Shown: piece after piece, positions 39,745 through 52,279 of the stretch
How the letters are laid out: each line of letters begins with the position of its first letter
Numbering within the stretch: the stretch's first letter is position 1
Source of the DNA: Heterodontus francisci
Taxonomy: Eukaryota
Length of the DNA: 64,000 bases
Reading direction: 5' to 3'
Assembly (NCBI RefSeq): GCF_036365525.1
Contig: NC_090374.1
Coordinates: 149,137,804-149,201,803, forward strand
Made by a program: the position numbers and the translations under genes
The notes under the pieces: model-generated
Seen by the model: only the letters and a program-made list of their open reading frames with translations
What the model was told of the DNA's origin: nothing
Database searches by the model: none

Positions 39745-40660
39745 GGTAATCACAGAATCTTTCAGCACAGAAAGAGGCCGTTCGGCCCATCATCCCTTTT
39801 TGAATGAACTGTCCAATGTTGTCCCCCACCCCACAGTTTTGTCCTCATAGGGGCGGCACAGTGGCGCAGTGGTTAGCACCGCAGCCTCACAGCTCCAGGG
39901 ACCCGGGTTCGATTCCGGGTACTGCCTGTGTGGAGTTTGCAAGTTCTCCCTGTGTCTGCGTGGGTTTTCTCCGGGTGCTCCGGTTTCCTCCCACAAGCCA
40001 AAAGACTTGCAGGTTGATAGGTAAATTGGCCATTATAAATTGTCACTAGTATAGGTAGGTGGTAGGGAAATATAGGGACAGGTGGGGATGTTTGTTGGGA
40101 ATATGGGATTAGTGTAGGATTAGTATAAAATGGGTGGTTGATGTTCGGCACAGACTCGGTGGGCCGAAGGGCCTGTTTCAGTGCTGTATCTCTAATCTAA
40201 AAAAAAAACCCTGCAAATTAGTCCTCTTCAAAACCAAGTCCAATTGCCTTTAAAAGTTCCTACTGAATCTGAACGCACCGCCATTTCAGGTACTTCGTTC
40301 CAGATCTTAACAACACTCTTGTGTGAAGAAATTTACCTCATTTCCACTCCAGTTCTTTTGCTAATTATCTTAAATCTATGACCTCTGGTTGCTGACCCAC
40401 TTTCCAGATGACACAGTTTCTCCCTACTTGCTCTATCAAAACCTTTCATAATTTGGGATATCTCTATTAGGTCTTCCCTCAACCTTCTTTGCTCTAAGAA
40501 CAATCCAAGCCTCACCAATCTCTCCACATAACTAACATTCATCATCCTTGGTATCTTCCTAGCAAAACTCCTCTGTACCCTCTCCAGGGCCTGATATCCT
40601 TCCTATAGTGTGGTGCCCAAAAATGTACACTGTCCTCCAACTGAGGCCTAACCAGATATT
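39745..40660 (-). mobile_element. CR1 3' fragment interrupted by a SINE
   Basis: SYVERLVRLGLFLEQRRLREDLIE..TRGHRFK; 3' tail at ~39750-39790. Confidence 0.85.
39850..40208 (+). mobile_element. Full-length HE1-like V-SINE
   Basis: A box tggcgcagtgg, B box ggttcgattcc, V-domain-like gggtgctccggtttcctcccaca, CR1-type tail. Confidence 0.9.
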
Positions 40661-42590
40661 TGTAAATATTTGACAGTATCATTTCTGGATACTGGTGAAA
40701 AATGGTACAATTTTAAATCAATCTATGTGTGCTAGAAGCTGTGAATTGCATGTTGAAGGTCTATATTTAATGGTTCCACCTTCCATAAATGACTGTGTGT
40801 GGCTGTACCATGACTGGGTTGGCAAATGCAACTAAAGCAGCAGTTCAGATCCCACACAGTCTGCCAATGGAGGGAGCTGGTAAAAGGGTGGTACCATGGT
40901 GCCTAGAAGTAGGTGCAGGAACAGTGAAACCAAGAGTGGGTATGAAGAATGATGACGTGGAGTAGGTGGAGGGAGTTGTATTGACTAAAGCTTTCCTTTT
41001 TATTTCAGGTGGTGTGAAGTTGGGAGTAGGAGAGTAAGATTGCTACCCCAGGGAAAGGAAACAGCTGTTTGTGGAGATGGCCCAGCAAATTACTTCAGCA
41101 GCTGTCAAGGGGGCTTCTTGATGTTTCCACCTCATCTGCCTCCAAATAAGCCACACAATGGGCTGGCACGGCACTAAACACAGCCTCCACCTCTATCCCC
41201 ATGTGTAAAGGACTAATTGCATTCTGCAGTAAGTGCAGAAGCTGCAAAACCATTTTATATTTAGAGTGCAGAGATCCTGAACTGTCCCCAGTGCGATTAA
41301 AGGAGGTTACAGTGCAGAGGCCTATGACATTTATTTGTGTGCAATTTACTTCATAGTGCCCTCTTCAGGGACAGTGAGGTACAGGATGTAAAGGAAGTTT
41401 GTGTGCAGTGCTGTTCAAGAACAAAATAGAAGCAAAGAATAAGCACCCATTCTTCCGCCACACATTACACCCATTTTTTGGCAGTAAATGTAGAAGGGCA
41501 GGAAAATCAGCCCCCTGGTCTCTAAATCCTTTTACTGTGAATCATTTCACTCATTGTTGGATAATGATTAGAACAAACCACAAGGGTCATTTTCAACTTC
41601 TCTCCGAGGGGTAATCTGGTCGAGCCGATTGTCCGCCCTTCATATAGAACCCATATGACGACTGCAAAGGAACCAAAATTGGGTGGGTTCTAAAATGGGT
41701 GGGATCTAAAATGGGTGGGAAATCCACTCCTGCTGGTTACCACCTAAAGACAAAGTTCAAAATGAACCCACCCCCACCCCACCATTCTAAATTTGCGCTT
41801 AAGCTGCGTTTCATGTTAGTATTGTGGAGTTTATGCTCTGAATAGCTTTTAATCTGTTAGATGTGGACATCATTTGATTGATGCAACAAAGTCCAGTTAA
41901 AGTTAGTGGCATGCATATGCTCTTATAAACTATTATTGATAATTAGTTTTAACTGGATTAACTAACGAACAGAAAACCTTGCACCAATAAATTTATGGTA
42001 ATGGTTAAAGTGGCAAACATGCCAACTCTACAATGAACTAAGGGGTTTTGGTGAATGGAAATTTCTTATGAATTGCAGCAAACAGTTAATTATTGCTTAA
42101 TAGAGGCAGCTCCTTTGGCACCTGTCCCTTTAAGGTAGGTCTCAAAATTAACCAGAACCTGTAAGATTAGCTCAAGAACCTTCATTTAGCTCCTGTTCAA
42201 ATCAGATTCTAAAATATTCTAATGCACATTTTCTCCCTGTAAACATTTCTGCCACTTCCCTGAGTGCCAGCTCCTGCTGGTAGCTCACAGTGGAAGGGCC
42301 CCTGGGAACAAAGCTTAGATTTTCATGTCAAACATCTCCACATTGAAGCGATGCTTCAAGGAGCTGTTGTCAAATAATGATTGGTCTGAGTCGCATGTCT
42401 AATCACCCCCATGGCATCATTAGTTTCACTTTTATACGCCATTGAAATGTTCACTCAAACTTTTCCCTGCAAGATTATTTCATCTGTGATATCTCTGATC
42501 ATTTAATCAGTCAGGAACAAAGAGGGGCGGCGGGTTGAAATTCTGGGATCCCTGTTCCCACTGTGAATTTCAAGACTTTTGGCTGCCCAC

Positions 42591-42754
42591 CAACGTTCCC
42601 TCTAATTTTTTTTTGTAGTGTGTCTGTGATTTGTTTAAGTGCGCAAACCCTTTAAATTTTCTTGCATGGCCCCACACACGCAGTAACTTAAAGGGGTCTA
42701 CATGTGCACGGCCTGCATGGCAACTTTCGGGTTGTTCAGATTAGGGGGACATTG
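42591..42754. mobile_element. hAT-type MITE (164 bp)
   Basis: TIR CAACGTTCCCTCTAA / TTAGGGGGACATTG; 8-bp TSD ctgcccac / ttgcccac. Confidence 0.8.
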
Positions 42755-43467
42755 TTGCCCACTCTAATGGCTAACAATCCCATCCCAATCCCAAGGATGG
42801 GGTAATTTGAACAACAGGGGCAGTGAGCACATGCTTATACAAATGGCGAATTATCATTTAATATTCCTTCCCACAGGGTTTAGGAATTTCAGCACAGTGA
42901 GATAACTGATCCCATTTGGGATCGAAGGCCTTGACTCCCTCTGATGTCTGGGGCCTTATAAGACCCAGTTCAGAGCCCACCCTTGCTCCCTGCAGACCTG
43001 GCTTCCCTTGGAACTAACTAGGGTGTGCTAGCTGTGGGTTTCCCAGCAATATCCCACACATACACCCCCAAGTTGGATGAGGGTGCAAAGTGGGGAAAGA
43101 GCGACTGAAGCATCTCCCTCCAGACACAGTGTAAATGGGATGGAATTCTGGAAGGTCTGGATTGCACCCCAAACTTCTGCACCCTCCCTGCAGAAGATAC
43201 TCCAGTCCTAGGACATTGGCCAGTTTGAATTAACACATTTTTACTATGTTTTGGAAAGACAGCATTGAAGAGCAGATGTCTGATGGATCACCTGGATAAC
43301 TAGAGTGCACAGATTTAGGGTTTTCAACAGTCTTTAGCGTCAGTTTTATTGGGTAGAGGCAACCAGTTAATGGGGAATGTCTCCCAATCACTAGGGCACT
43401 GTAATAAATAACCTCTCTGTTACTGTTCAAAGCACCCACCCCATATCTTGTTTTCCTTTGTTGCTTA

Positions 43468-43698
43468 GTTTCCTCCCATCACCAAAAGACTTGCAGGTTA
43501 ATAGGTAAATTGGCCATTATAAATTGCCCCTAGTATAGGTAGGTGGTAGGGGAATAGAGGGACAGGTGGGGATGTGGTAGGAATATGGGATTAGTGTAGG
43601 ATTAGTATAAAATGGGTGGTTGATGGTCGGCACAGACTCGGTGGGCCGAAGGGCCTGTTTCAGTGCTGTATCTCTAAATAAATAAAAAATAAATAAAT
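43468..43698 (+). mobile_element. 5'-truncated HE1-like SINE
   Basis: Near-identical to the 3' two-thirds of 39850-40208. Confidence 0.9.
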
Positions 43699-46600
43699 TA
43701 GAATTTTGGAATGCTCATCGATAGGACGATAAGTCATTGTTCTCTCTCCATTTTTTCTTCTTAGTGAGATTAGTCTGAAGCGAGTCTGGCGGAGGAAGGA
43801 ATGTAAAACTAGTGCTGATAAAGGGCATGGAATCCAAAGTGGATCTCCCTATACCATTACTTTGGTTAGCAGTATAGGGGTGGATAGTAGGCCCTACTCT
43901 CCTCCTGTTCCATTTAGAAGTCTGGGCTGGTATCACTTCACTGGAGCTACTGACTGATTAATCAAACTCGTTAGCACAGATTACAGACGTGTGCTCCAGT
44001 GTCAGGGCAGCGTTTTTGCCGCAGGGTGGCCTAGCTCGATCAGCAGCCGGCTCTGAACCGACCAAACTCATCACACAGGTGACTGCAGACTGACCCTGGC
44101 CTGTGCAATTTATACCAATCTCTGCTCCATGATGTGTGAGCAGAGTGATTTACTGCCACACTGTCCCATTGCACGATACACTCTCCGAGAGGTATGTCTA
44201 TATAACCCTTATGTCAAGATCACAGCATAATAATCTCCGATATTTATCTGTGGCAACCAATAGAGAAATTGGTTGAAACTAAAGGACACACACCAATATA
44301 TTCTTCTGCTTAAGGGCAATGGAGCAGAAAAAAAGTATTTTTTTTCTCTCTCTCTCTCAAGGCTTCTAAGCCCAAACCTTGTATTTTTTTTTTCTCCTTT
44401 ATTCTCTGTCACATAAACAGCTGTATTTTTTCTGTAGCCCTCTCCCTTTCTTTCCTCATTTCCATCTCTCTGTAATGCCGACATGTAAATGTCTGAAAAT
44501 AGCAGCGGTAATTGAAGATTATGAAGTATGACCAGGTTTTGACAGGCCACTAAGGAAGATGGATTATCCTCATTTTTCTGTAAATTCTGTCAATTTTGGA
44601 ATTCATAAGCTATCAACACTGATACAAATGTGACTCCCCAGCTGCGTAAGGGATGACGTGCAACTTATCCTGGAGTCTATTGGCTTCCAATCCCCTTTGA
44701 TAGTATCTGAAATCTTGCCAATTTATTTCTGATAAGATTGAGCTAATTTCAAGCAAACTGATTCAAATGGGCCTCTGCGAGGGAATATATTTTCTCTTAT
44801 TTACCTCTCACTGCTGTACAAGATGGCTATCTGGACTTCTTTGTAAGATAAATTTCCGCAGGACAATCACAGTCTAGTTGCAGCAATTGTTTTGCCTTTT
44901 CCTTTCCCATTTTCCTATTACTGGGAGTAAATACTGCTGGGACTGTTTAATAGCCCACTGCAGCCCATACCGATAACAGATGAGGTTTAATCGTCCAATA
45001 CAAAAATTATTTAGCCTCAGTAAGGACATTCAATGTCATTTGCATAATGACATTTCCATCTCACACACCAAACATGGTTGCACATAAACAAGTCGTGGGA
45101 CCATAAATAATAATAAATCGCAATGTCTGTGTTCTCTTCTCAGTAATAGGAGTTGCTCTTGTAGAAATTATTTCATTGGAAAATGGGGCTATAACTCTGA
45201 AGACGTGTGCCCCAGTTTATTCCACTGGACTCAACACCACAAACAGCTGCAACCTGCGTGTATTATTTTTGGCATTCATCAATCGATCAGAAGAAATTTT
45301 TATAGAAAAATTTGATAACAATTTATATACAACAAAACATTATACAAAAACCTCAACTCTTGTTTTAAAATTATGCAATTATATTTTAATAAGATCATTT
45401 TAGATTTGGAAAGGAGATTAAAAAAACAACTGTGGGTGCATTTCCAATTAAAAATGTGCAGTGAAAGCTGTTTGGTGCTCCCTATACCACAGGCTCCTTC
45501 GCACTTTGAGAGTTGCAGGTCTGAGTCCTGAGGAGGTCAGTGCTGGGCTGCAATCATATGCATGATGAGTCTGTCAGTTCCTCAATAATTGCTTTTTGAG
45601 AGGGAACCTACCTGTGATAAACTAACATCTCTGGCCCCCTGACAGAAAGAAAGCTCTTCCCCACCATACACAACACCCTCTTTATTTTAATTCCAGGCTT
45701 CGAGGAGGTCTACCATCCACATGAAAATATGTCGCCCACCACAGACAGCAGGGTAGGCAGTGTGTGTTTTGTTGGATGAAATATCCACTGATCTGTATTC
45801 CAAACAGAAATGCTGCTGATTCCCCCTGCAGTTCTGAGGCTGAAAGCCTTTGTGTGTGAGAAGAGACTCTATGAAAATGGATGTACTTAATTTCTGCATA
45901 AGACTATAAATAAGCGCCTTTTAATTTATTTCGTTTTTCTTTGTCATGAAAAGCTTTGTATCATTTCAGATGTACAGAACGGTGCTGAGAACAAGCTGAA
46001 GCTTAAGAAAGTTTTACATTTCTGAAGATAAATTCGAGAGAAATAATCACTTTTTGTAGAATCTCACACAGCCCATACACCAGTAGTATAAACAGTGCAG
46101 TATTGATAATGTGCCCCTGCCCCAATAGTAACTTTGAAAAAAATAAATTTTTAAGCATTTTTAGCTTTGAAAAAATTACCTTTTATATCTAAAAGAAATT
46201 TTGAAATGAGGAATTAGATTTGATTGGTGCAAGAATGTAATCAATTACAATTCTTGAGGAAGGCAGTTCCTATTGAGGGCAACTTTCCTCTCGAATGACC
46301 TTCACTGGGGTTAAAGCTCTCACGTGCCCTCTGAACTCTGAGCATGGAGACGGTAAATAATGCCTGCTTTTATCACTCTGCCGAAGCTCAGTTTCCCCGG
46401 CCCCAGCTCTGGATTTCCAGGCCTTTTCATTTTGTTTTGGTATTGATCTTTTGGCAGCAATGGGCTGGGTAATTAGCCAGAAATTAGGGTTTCTATTACA
46501 CAGGGATGACTGGCCCAGCTGATTTATCACCTGAATAATTTACTGTGATTGAAAGGAAATTAAAATGAACTCTATTTGACAACTGTGTGATTTTATGGGT

Positions 46601-46839
46601 TTTAGTGAAGAGTCAGAAACCAAATTAATAGCCTCATGTTGTTTAATAGTCTGCTGAAGGTAAATATGGGGCAGGCTTCCCCTGCTGGAAGCCATTCTGA
46701 ATGCTCCGGTGCTTGGTTTAGATTTCTACCTCACTTAATAAATCTGCCTCACATCAGACTAGATTCAAAGATGGTATTAGCTAGTGGATAAAGTCCAAGT
46801 CAGACTATAACAAATCCTCATATCCTGAAATCAATCTAG

Positions 46840-47670
46840 GGAAATACGGACAGATGATAACACCCAGACAGCCACAGCAGATAGCTGAACAGGCACAGCG
46901 TTTGGATAGATCCAACAGATAGAAAGATTATAGGTGAGGAGATAGAAAATGGCCGATAAATGTATAATCAGAAGGATACATTAGATAGATGGACGAAATG
47001 GACATAGCGATATATAGTGTACAAACAGCAGACTGTTGGAGATAAATAGATATAAAGTGTAAAAGATTAAAACATGAAACACATTTTGTCCCTATTAGCA
47101 TAATAAATGTGATACATGCAAGCAGTATATAAAAAGCTACATAACTATATATTTACCTATATAGATAGGGTTAATGGTACAAAAATAGGGCAGTATAGTG
47201 TATTGACGGGTATCACAAACAGAGAAAGGGAGTGGGGAGATAATGGACAGTTGGATATAGTAGCCAGATGTACAGGTACAGTATGTGGAGACACAACTCA
47301 AAGAATAGATACAACTAATAGCTGGAGAATAGATTAAACATACACAAAAAATAGAAATATAAAAGAGGAAAGCATACAGATAACTCATAAATGGAATTAG
47401 TAGCAGATCGATAAAATAGCTGAAGGGATAGATATTTAGCTAAACAAAATATCTTGGGTTATCTTGATAGGTAGATAAATAGGTCAACAGGGATATAAAG
47501 ATATAATAAACAGCAGTACAGGAAAAAAAGGTGAACACATGGAGATATATATAGTAGGAAAAAATATAAAGTAGAAAGATAGACACATCGGACAGATAGC
47601 CATGGTAGGAAGATAGACTAGTAGACATATCTGGTAGATAAACTTGTATAGATTAAAAAGATAATATAAA
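46840..47670. repeat. Highly degenerate GATA/AGAT-rich low-complexity tract
   Basis: Purine-skewed; recurring gata/taga/caga words. Confidence 0.7.
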
Positions 47671-48951
47671 ATTGGATTTTCAATTATATTGTTCAATTAT
47701 TGGCTCTTAACTAGGCATTTGTCTCATGTTACAGCTGAAAGGAGGAGCTCAATTAACTCCATTGTTGGTGGATGACTTTATGTTTAAATGAAAGTGAAGT
47801 CAAGGCCTATGGTTGATATCAAACAAGCAGCGCACAGTAAGCACATACACTCCTGCCCAATAAATGACTTTTACTGAAGCTATGCAGATTGCCCTGGTAT
47901 ATCTTAGCCTTTGGCACCACTTGTGCATGAGATCCACAGTCGATCTGAAAGTTACATCAATATTGTTTCCTGTCCTTTCCAACTGGATTTGTAATGAGAT
48001 ATTTTAAAAACAATGGGAGAAATTCAAACTCTTTTGCTGATCCTGAACTGATAATTTTTCTGATGGGTGAATTGTGTGGATTAGCCTGTTACATTATACA
48101 CTCTTGGGCTGAAGTTTGGTTAAAGATGTGTGGGGGGGTTAGATTTTAACTCTCGCAATGGTGAATAAAGGGCTTCAATGGATCAGTTGCCGACAAAAGC
48201 CCCGAAGGAAGATTCCAGAAGTGGGTGCACAATGGGCAGCCAATCCACTGCCGGGGAGTGTAATATCAGTGAATTTCCTCTCTATATTTCTTACTGGTTT
48301 GTCCTATTTGAATTCTCTGGACCTAGAGGTTTGGAAAGGGGTTGTTATCTCCAGAGTGGATAAATAGTAAAATAAAAATGGAAAGATCTGTTAGTGTGCA
48401 CACATTGAGGTAGATGCAGATCGATGGTGACATGGATCTCAAGTTTATATGTAGCACCAAGACTCTGGTATTCACCAAAGCAGGAGCCCACAAAGACAAA
48501 AACACTTCACACCCTCCTAGCTGAAGACACAGTGCTACTCTTAACAATTTCCTTCAAGTGACATCTGTGACTCACCATCAGTAAGCAATGAGAGAAGCAA
48601 TAGAATAGACACTGCTACCTACAGCTGTCATAAAGGTAGGCCTCGTCAGGAGGAAGATAATTTAACATGGTAGATCACTGCTCACTGAAGATGGACCATT
48701 GGGCTGGGGAATCCTTTACACTTCGGCTGTGGCTCAATTAGTAGCACTCTTGTCTCTGAATCACAAAATTCCAGGTTCAGAGTTTGAGCACAAAAATCCA
48801 GGCTGACACTCCACTGCAGTACTGAGGGAATGCTGCACTATTGGAGGTGCTGCCTCTCAGATGAAATGTTAAATTGAGGCCCCAGATGCCTGCTTGGATG
48901 GATATAAAAGATCCCATAACACTATTTTGAAGAACAAGAAGGGAGATATCT

Positions 48952-48984
48952 CTGATGAAGGGTCACTGACCCGAAACATTAACT
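48952..48984 (+). ncRNA. Minimal hammerhead ribozyme core
   Basis: CTGATGA-a-GGGTC/act/GACCC-GAAAC; the 5' strand of stem I is missing because of truncation. Confidence 0.7.
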
Positions 48985-49088
48985 CTGCTTCTCTCTCCAC
49001 AGATGCTGCCAGACCTCCTGAGTATTTCCAGCATTTCTTTTTATTTCAGATTTTCAGCATCTGCAGCATTTTGCTTTTATTATTATAT
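48953..49088 (+). mobile_element. 136-bp Penelope pLTR 3' insert
   Basis: Homologous to 57177-57306; 14-bp TSD aagggagatatctc (48939-48952 / 49089-49102). Confidence 0.92.
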
Positions 49089-50749
49089 AAGGGAGATATC
49101 TCCATTGTCCTAACCAATATTTATCCCTCAATAAACATCACACAAACAGATTATCCAGTCATTATCACATTGCTGCGTGTGGGAGCTTGCTGTGCGCAAG
49201 TTGGCTGCTGTATTTCCTACATTACAACAGTGACTTCAAAACTACTTCACTGGCTGTAAAGCATTTGAGACGGCTGGTGGTCATGAAAAGCACTATATAA
49301 ATGCAAGTTTTTTTTTCTTTAATCTGTGTTCCTGCTGTTACTGATGGTGGGGACACAGGATCTGCAGAAATGCTTTTTCCAGTTCCTCTCATTGTCAGTC
49401 CATGTTCTTGACTTTTTTTTTCTCTTTAAGCAGATTTTAATCGAAGAACCTACAAACAAAAGTTGAACTGCAATCTTCAGGTTCCAATGTGAACAGTTGA
49501 CGTTGGCCTATTTATCAATTTTGAGTTAGTTAACATGAGTGCAAAGTCTCTTATTGTGGACTGGCATAAGCTAAGAAAAGCCTGGGATATTATTGTGTGA
49601 GCATTTAACACTCATGATATTCTTCTGTCTGCTCTCTTAATGGAAGCCATTAACCCATTTATTTGAAAAGTATTAACTGTCCATGTAATAATATTGCAAA
49701 TTTCTTGACCATTTGTCACTAAATTGCTAACATGCTCTCTTACTTTAACCAATTGAAAACACACCAAAATATTTCATCTTTGATCTGGACAGGCAGTAAA
49801 TAATTAATGCCGCAGCATATCTACTTTGCTCTTAAGTGAAACTGTTTTAATATTCATAATTGTCATGTGGCTCCTAAAAAGCTGTATTTTCCTCAGCTTG
49901 CTAACATTGATGTGAGCATATAGTCAGGGGTGCACAATGTTGGACACTCTCAGCCACCAGTTAGTTGAGTTAGTTAAGTGAGAAAGATATCTCCCAAAGT
50001 GGTGAACACTCACAGTTGAAAACAGGAGGAAGGGGTGGTCACTCCAGTGGCAGGATACGGAAGAGACTGGGGGAGAAAACCACTGTAGCTCCTCGTTTGA
50101 TCCTGAACAGTCAGAGAGTGGGGTATAGAGGGCAAAATGGGTTCACCTCAGACAGGCCTGTTAGATACACTGCAAAGTAAGGTGGTATACTTAACGCCTA
50201 TGGGAAATTGCATCTGAGCTGCAACCTAGCACTGGATTAACTGAAAATAAGCAGTGAGAAGTTCACCCTGATAATTGGAAATAAAAGTAAAATATTTGAC
50301 CTCATAATTTGGTTGTAATCGCTCCCTATATTGGACTAATTTTTGAACCCAGATCCCATGGCACACCAAACTCTGTCTGTACAGAACTAACTGCATCATT
50401 TACCACTTTAGCTCCTTTGGATAAGAACAATTCTTTTGGGCTGTGTATTGTATCAACTCATTAAAGTTCATCACAAATAAAGCGGAATTTAACTCAGTGA
50501 TTTTTCTTTCTTGCTTAACAGGACCATGGCTTTGAGAAAAAGAAAAATGGTATAGCAATCAATTGGCCAATCAATACAGACAGATAGTCAAGGGTGAAGG
50601 ATGAAGCCGAGTTCACTGATAATGGGCACTTCCTTCATTATCAATACTTGTAATAAAATAATAGAAAGGCAACAACTTACTAAAAACCGATCAATCCAGG
50701 GAATCATTCAGTCTTGCAGTTTCTTAACCTTACTGTACAAGATGCGCTT

Positions 50750-51172
50750 CCGGCCCCATATCCTCTCCATCATCAAGACTGCCTACTCCACCTTTGTAAC
50801 ATTGCCTACCTCCGCCTTTCCTCAGCTCACCTGTAACTGAAATTCCCATCTATGCTTTTGTTACCTCCAGACTCGACTATTCCAATGCACTCCTGGCTGG
50901 CCTCCCACCTTGCACCCTCTGTAAACTTCTGCGCAACCAAATCTTTGCTGCCTGTATTATAACTTGCATCGGATTCTGTTCACTCATCACCCCTGTGCTC
51001 ACCGCCTTATATTGGCTCCCAGTCTGGCAACATTTCGATTTTAAAATTGTTCAAATCCTTCAATGGCCTTATCGCTCCCTATCCCTGTAACCTCTTCCAG
51101 CCCTACAACCCTCCAATTCTGACTTCTTAAGCATCCCCAATTTTCACTGTTCCACCATGGGCAGCTGTGCCT
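50750..51172 (+). mobile_element. L2 LINE fragment
   Basis: IYAFVTSRLDYSNALLAGLP..; ITPVL..L.WLPV. Confidence 0.8.
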
Positions 51173-51844
51173 AACTGCAATCACCTAAATCATCTTAGTG
51201 TACAATCACCATCATATTACTACAATGTTACTTTATAATCACCATCATCTACTGCACAATTGCCATCATCTTACTGTACAATCATATATTTTAAATTTGT
51301 GTACAATCACACACATAATCGTTACTGTAAAATGACTCACCTCATCGTGTTATACAATTACTGACCTCTAACTGTACAAACAATTTAACACATTTTACTG
51401 TACACGCACATCATCTAACCTTACAATGACCATCATCTTATTGTACAAGCATAGACATTTTACTGTATAAACATGTAAGTTCTGCTGTACACAGATCGTA
51501 CTGTAAAATCACCTTATGGCATAAGTGCCTACCTGCTACTTTACAATTACTGATTTCATCTTACTGTACAGTGCCCATCATCTTTCTACAATCATCTCAT
51601 TATATAGTAGGATGCAGCCACTTGTACAATCACTCACATCTTACTGAACAATCACTCACACGCTACTGTACATCATATTCCATCATATTTTGTTTTATAC
51701 TGCTCCTGTGAAGCACCTTGGGACTTTTTACTACATTAAAGGCACTATATAAGTTGATGTTGTCCTGTACTGTCACTCACATCTCTCTGTACAATCACCA
51801 TCATCTTACTGTACAATCATTTACTTCAGGACATATAGTATTAG

Positions 51845-52180
51845 CAGTGGCTCAGTGGGCAGCATACTCGCCTCTGAGTCAGAAGGTTGTAGGCTATAGT
51901 CCCACTCAGAGACAAGCATATATAATCCAAGCTGATGCCTCAGTGCAGTACTAAGGGAGTGCTGTACTATTGGAGGTGCCGCCTTTCTGATAAGTTAAAG
52001 AGAGGGCCCAGCTGCTCTCTCAGGTGAAAGTAGCAAATCCCTTGGCACTATTTCAAAGAACGACAGGGCAGTTCTGCCTGGTGTCCAGGCCAATATTTAT
52101 CCCTCAAAAACCTAAAAATAGATTATCTGGTGCTAATCTCATTGCCGTTTGTGGTATGCAAATTTGCTGCCACTTTGTCA
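51845..52180 (+). mobile_element. DeuSINE-like SINE
   Basis: Homologous to 48724-49310. Confidence 0.7.
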
Positions 52181-52279
52181 TTGCAACTGTATTGTTACTG
52201 TTGTCTCACTGTAAAATCACCAGCATTTTATTGTGTAATAGCATCATCTTATTGTAAAACCATCAGCATCCTACTGCAT

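Larger units (their letters stand above)
48724..49310 (+). mobile_element. DeuSINE-like SINE split by a Penelope mini-insert
   Basis: tRNA-like head; core gcagtactgaggga.tgctgcact.ttggaggtgc; L2-like tail tatataaatgcaagt. Confidence 0.75.

Noticed and set aside
39850-39925. tRNA gene
   Set aside because: Head of a multi-copy SINE continuing into SINE body and tail.
50500-50556. Short plus-strand exon candidates (also acceptor-like sites at ~41010 and ~49430)
   Set aside because: Weak or missing donors, no recognisable peptide, and antisense to pax5.
51176-51830. CRISPR-like array
   Set aside because: Degenerate head-to-tail units with no unique spacers, in eukaryotic DNA.
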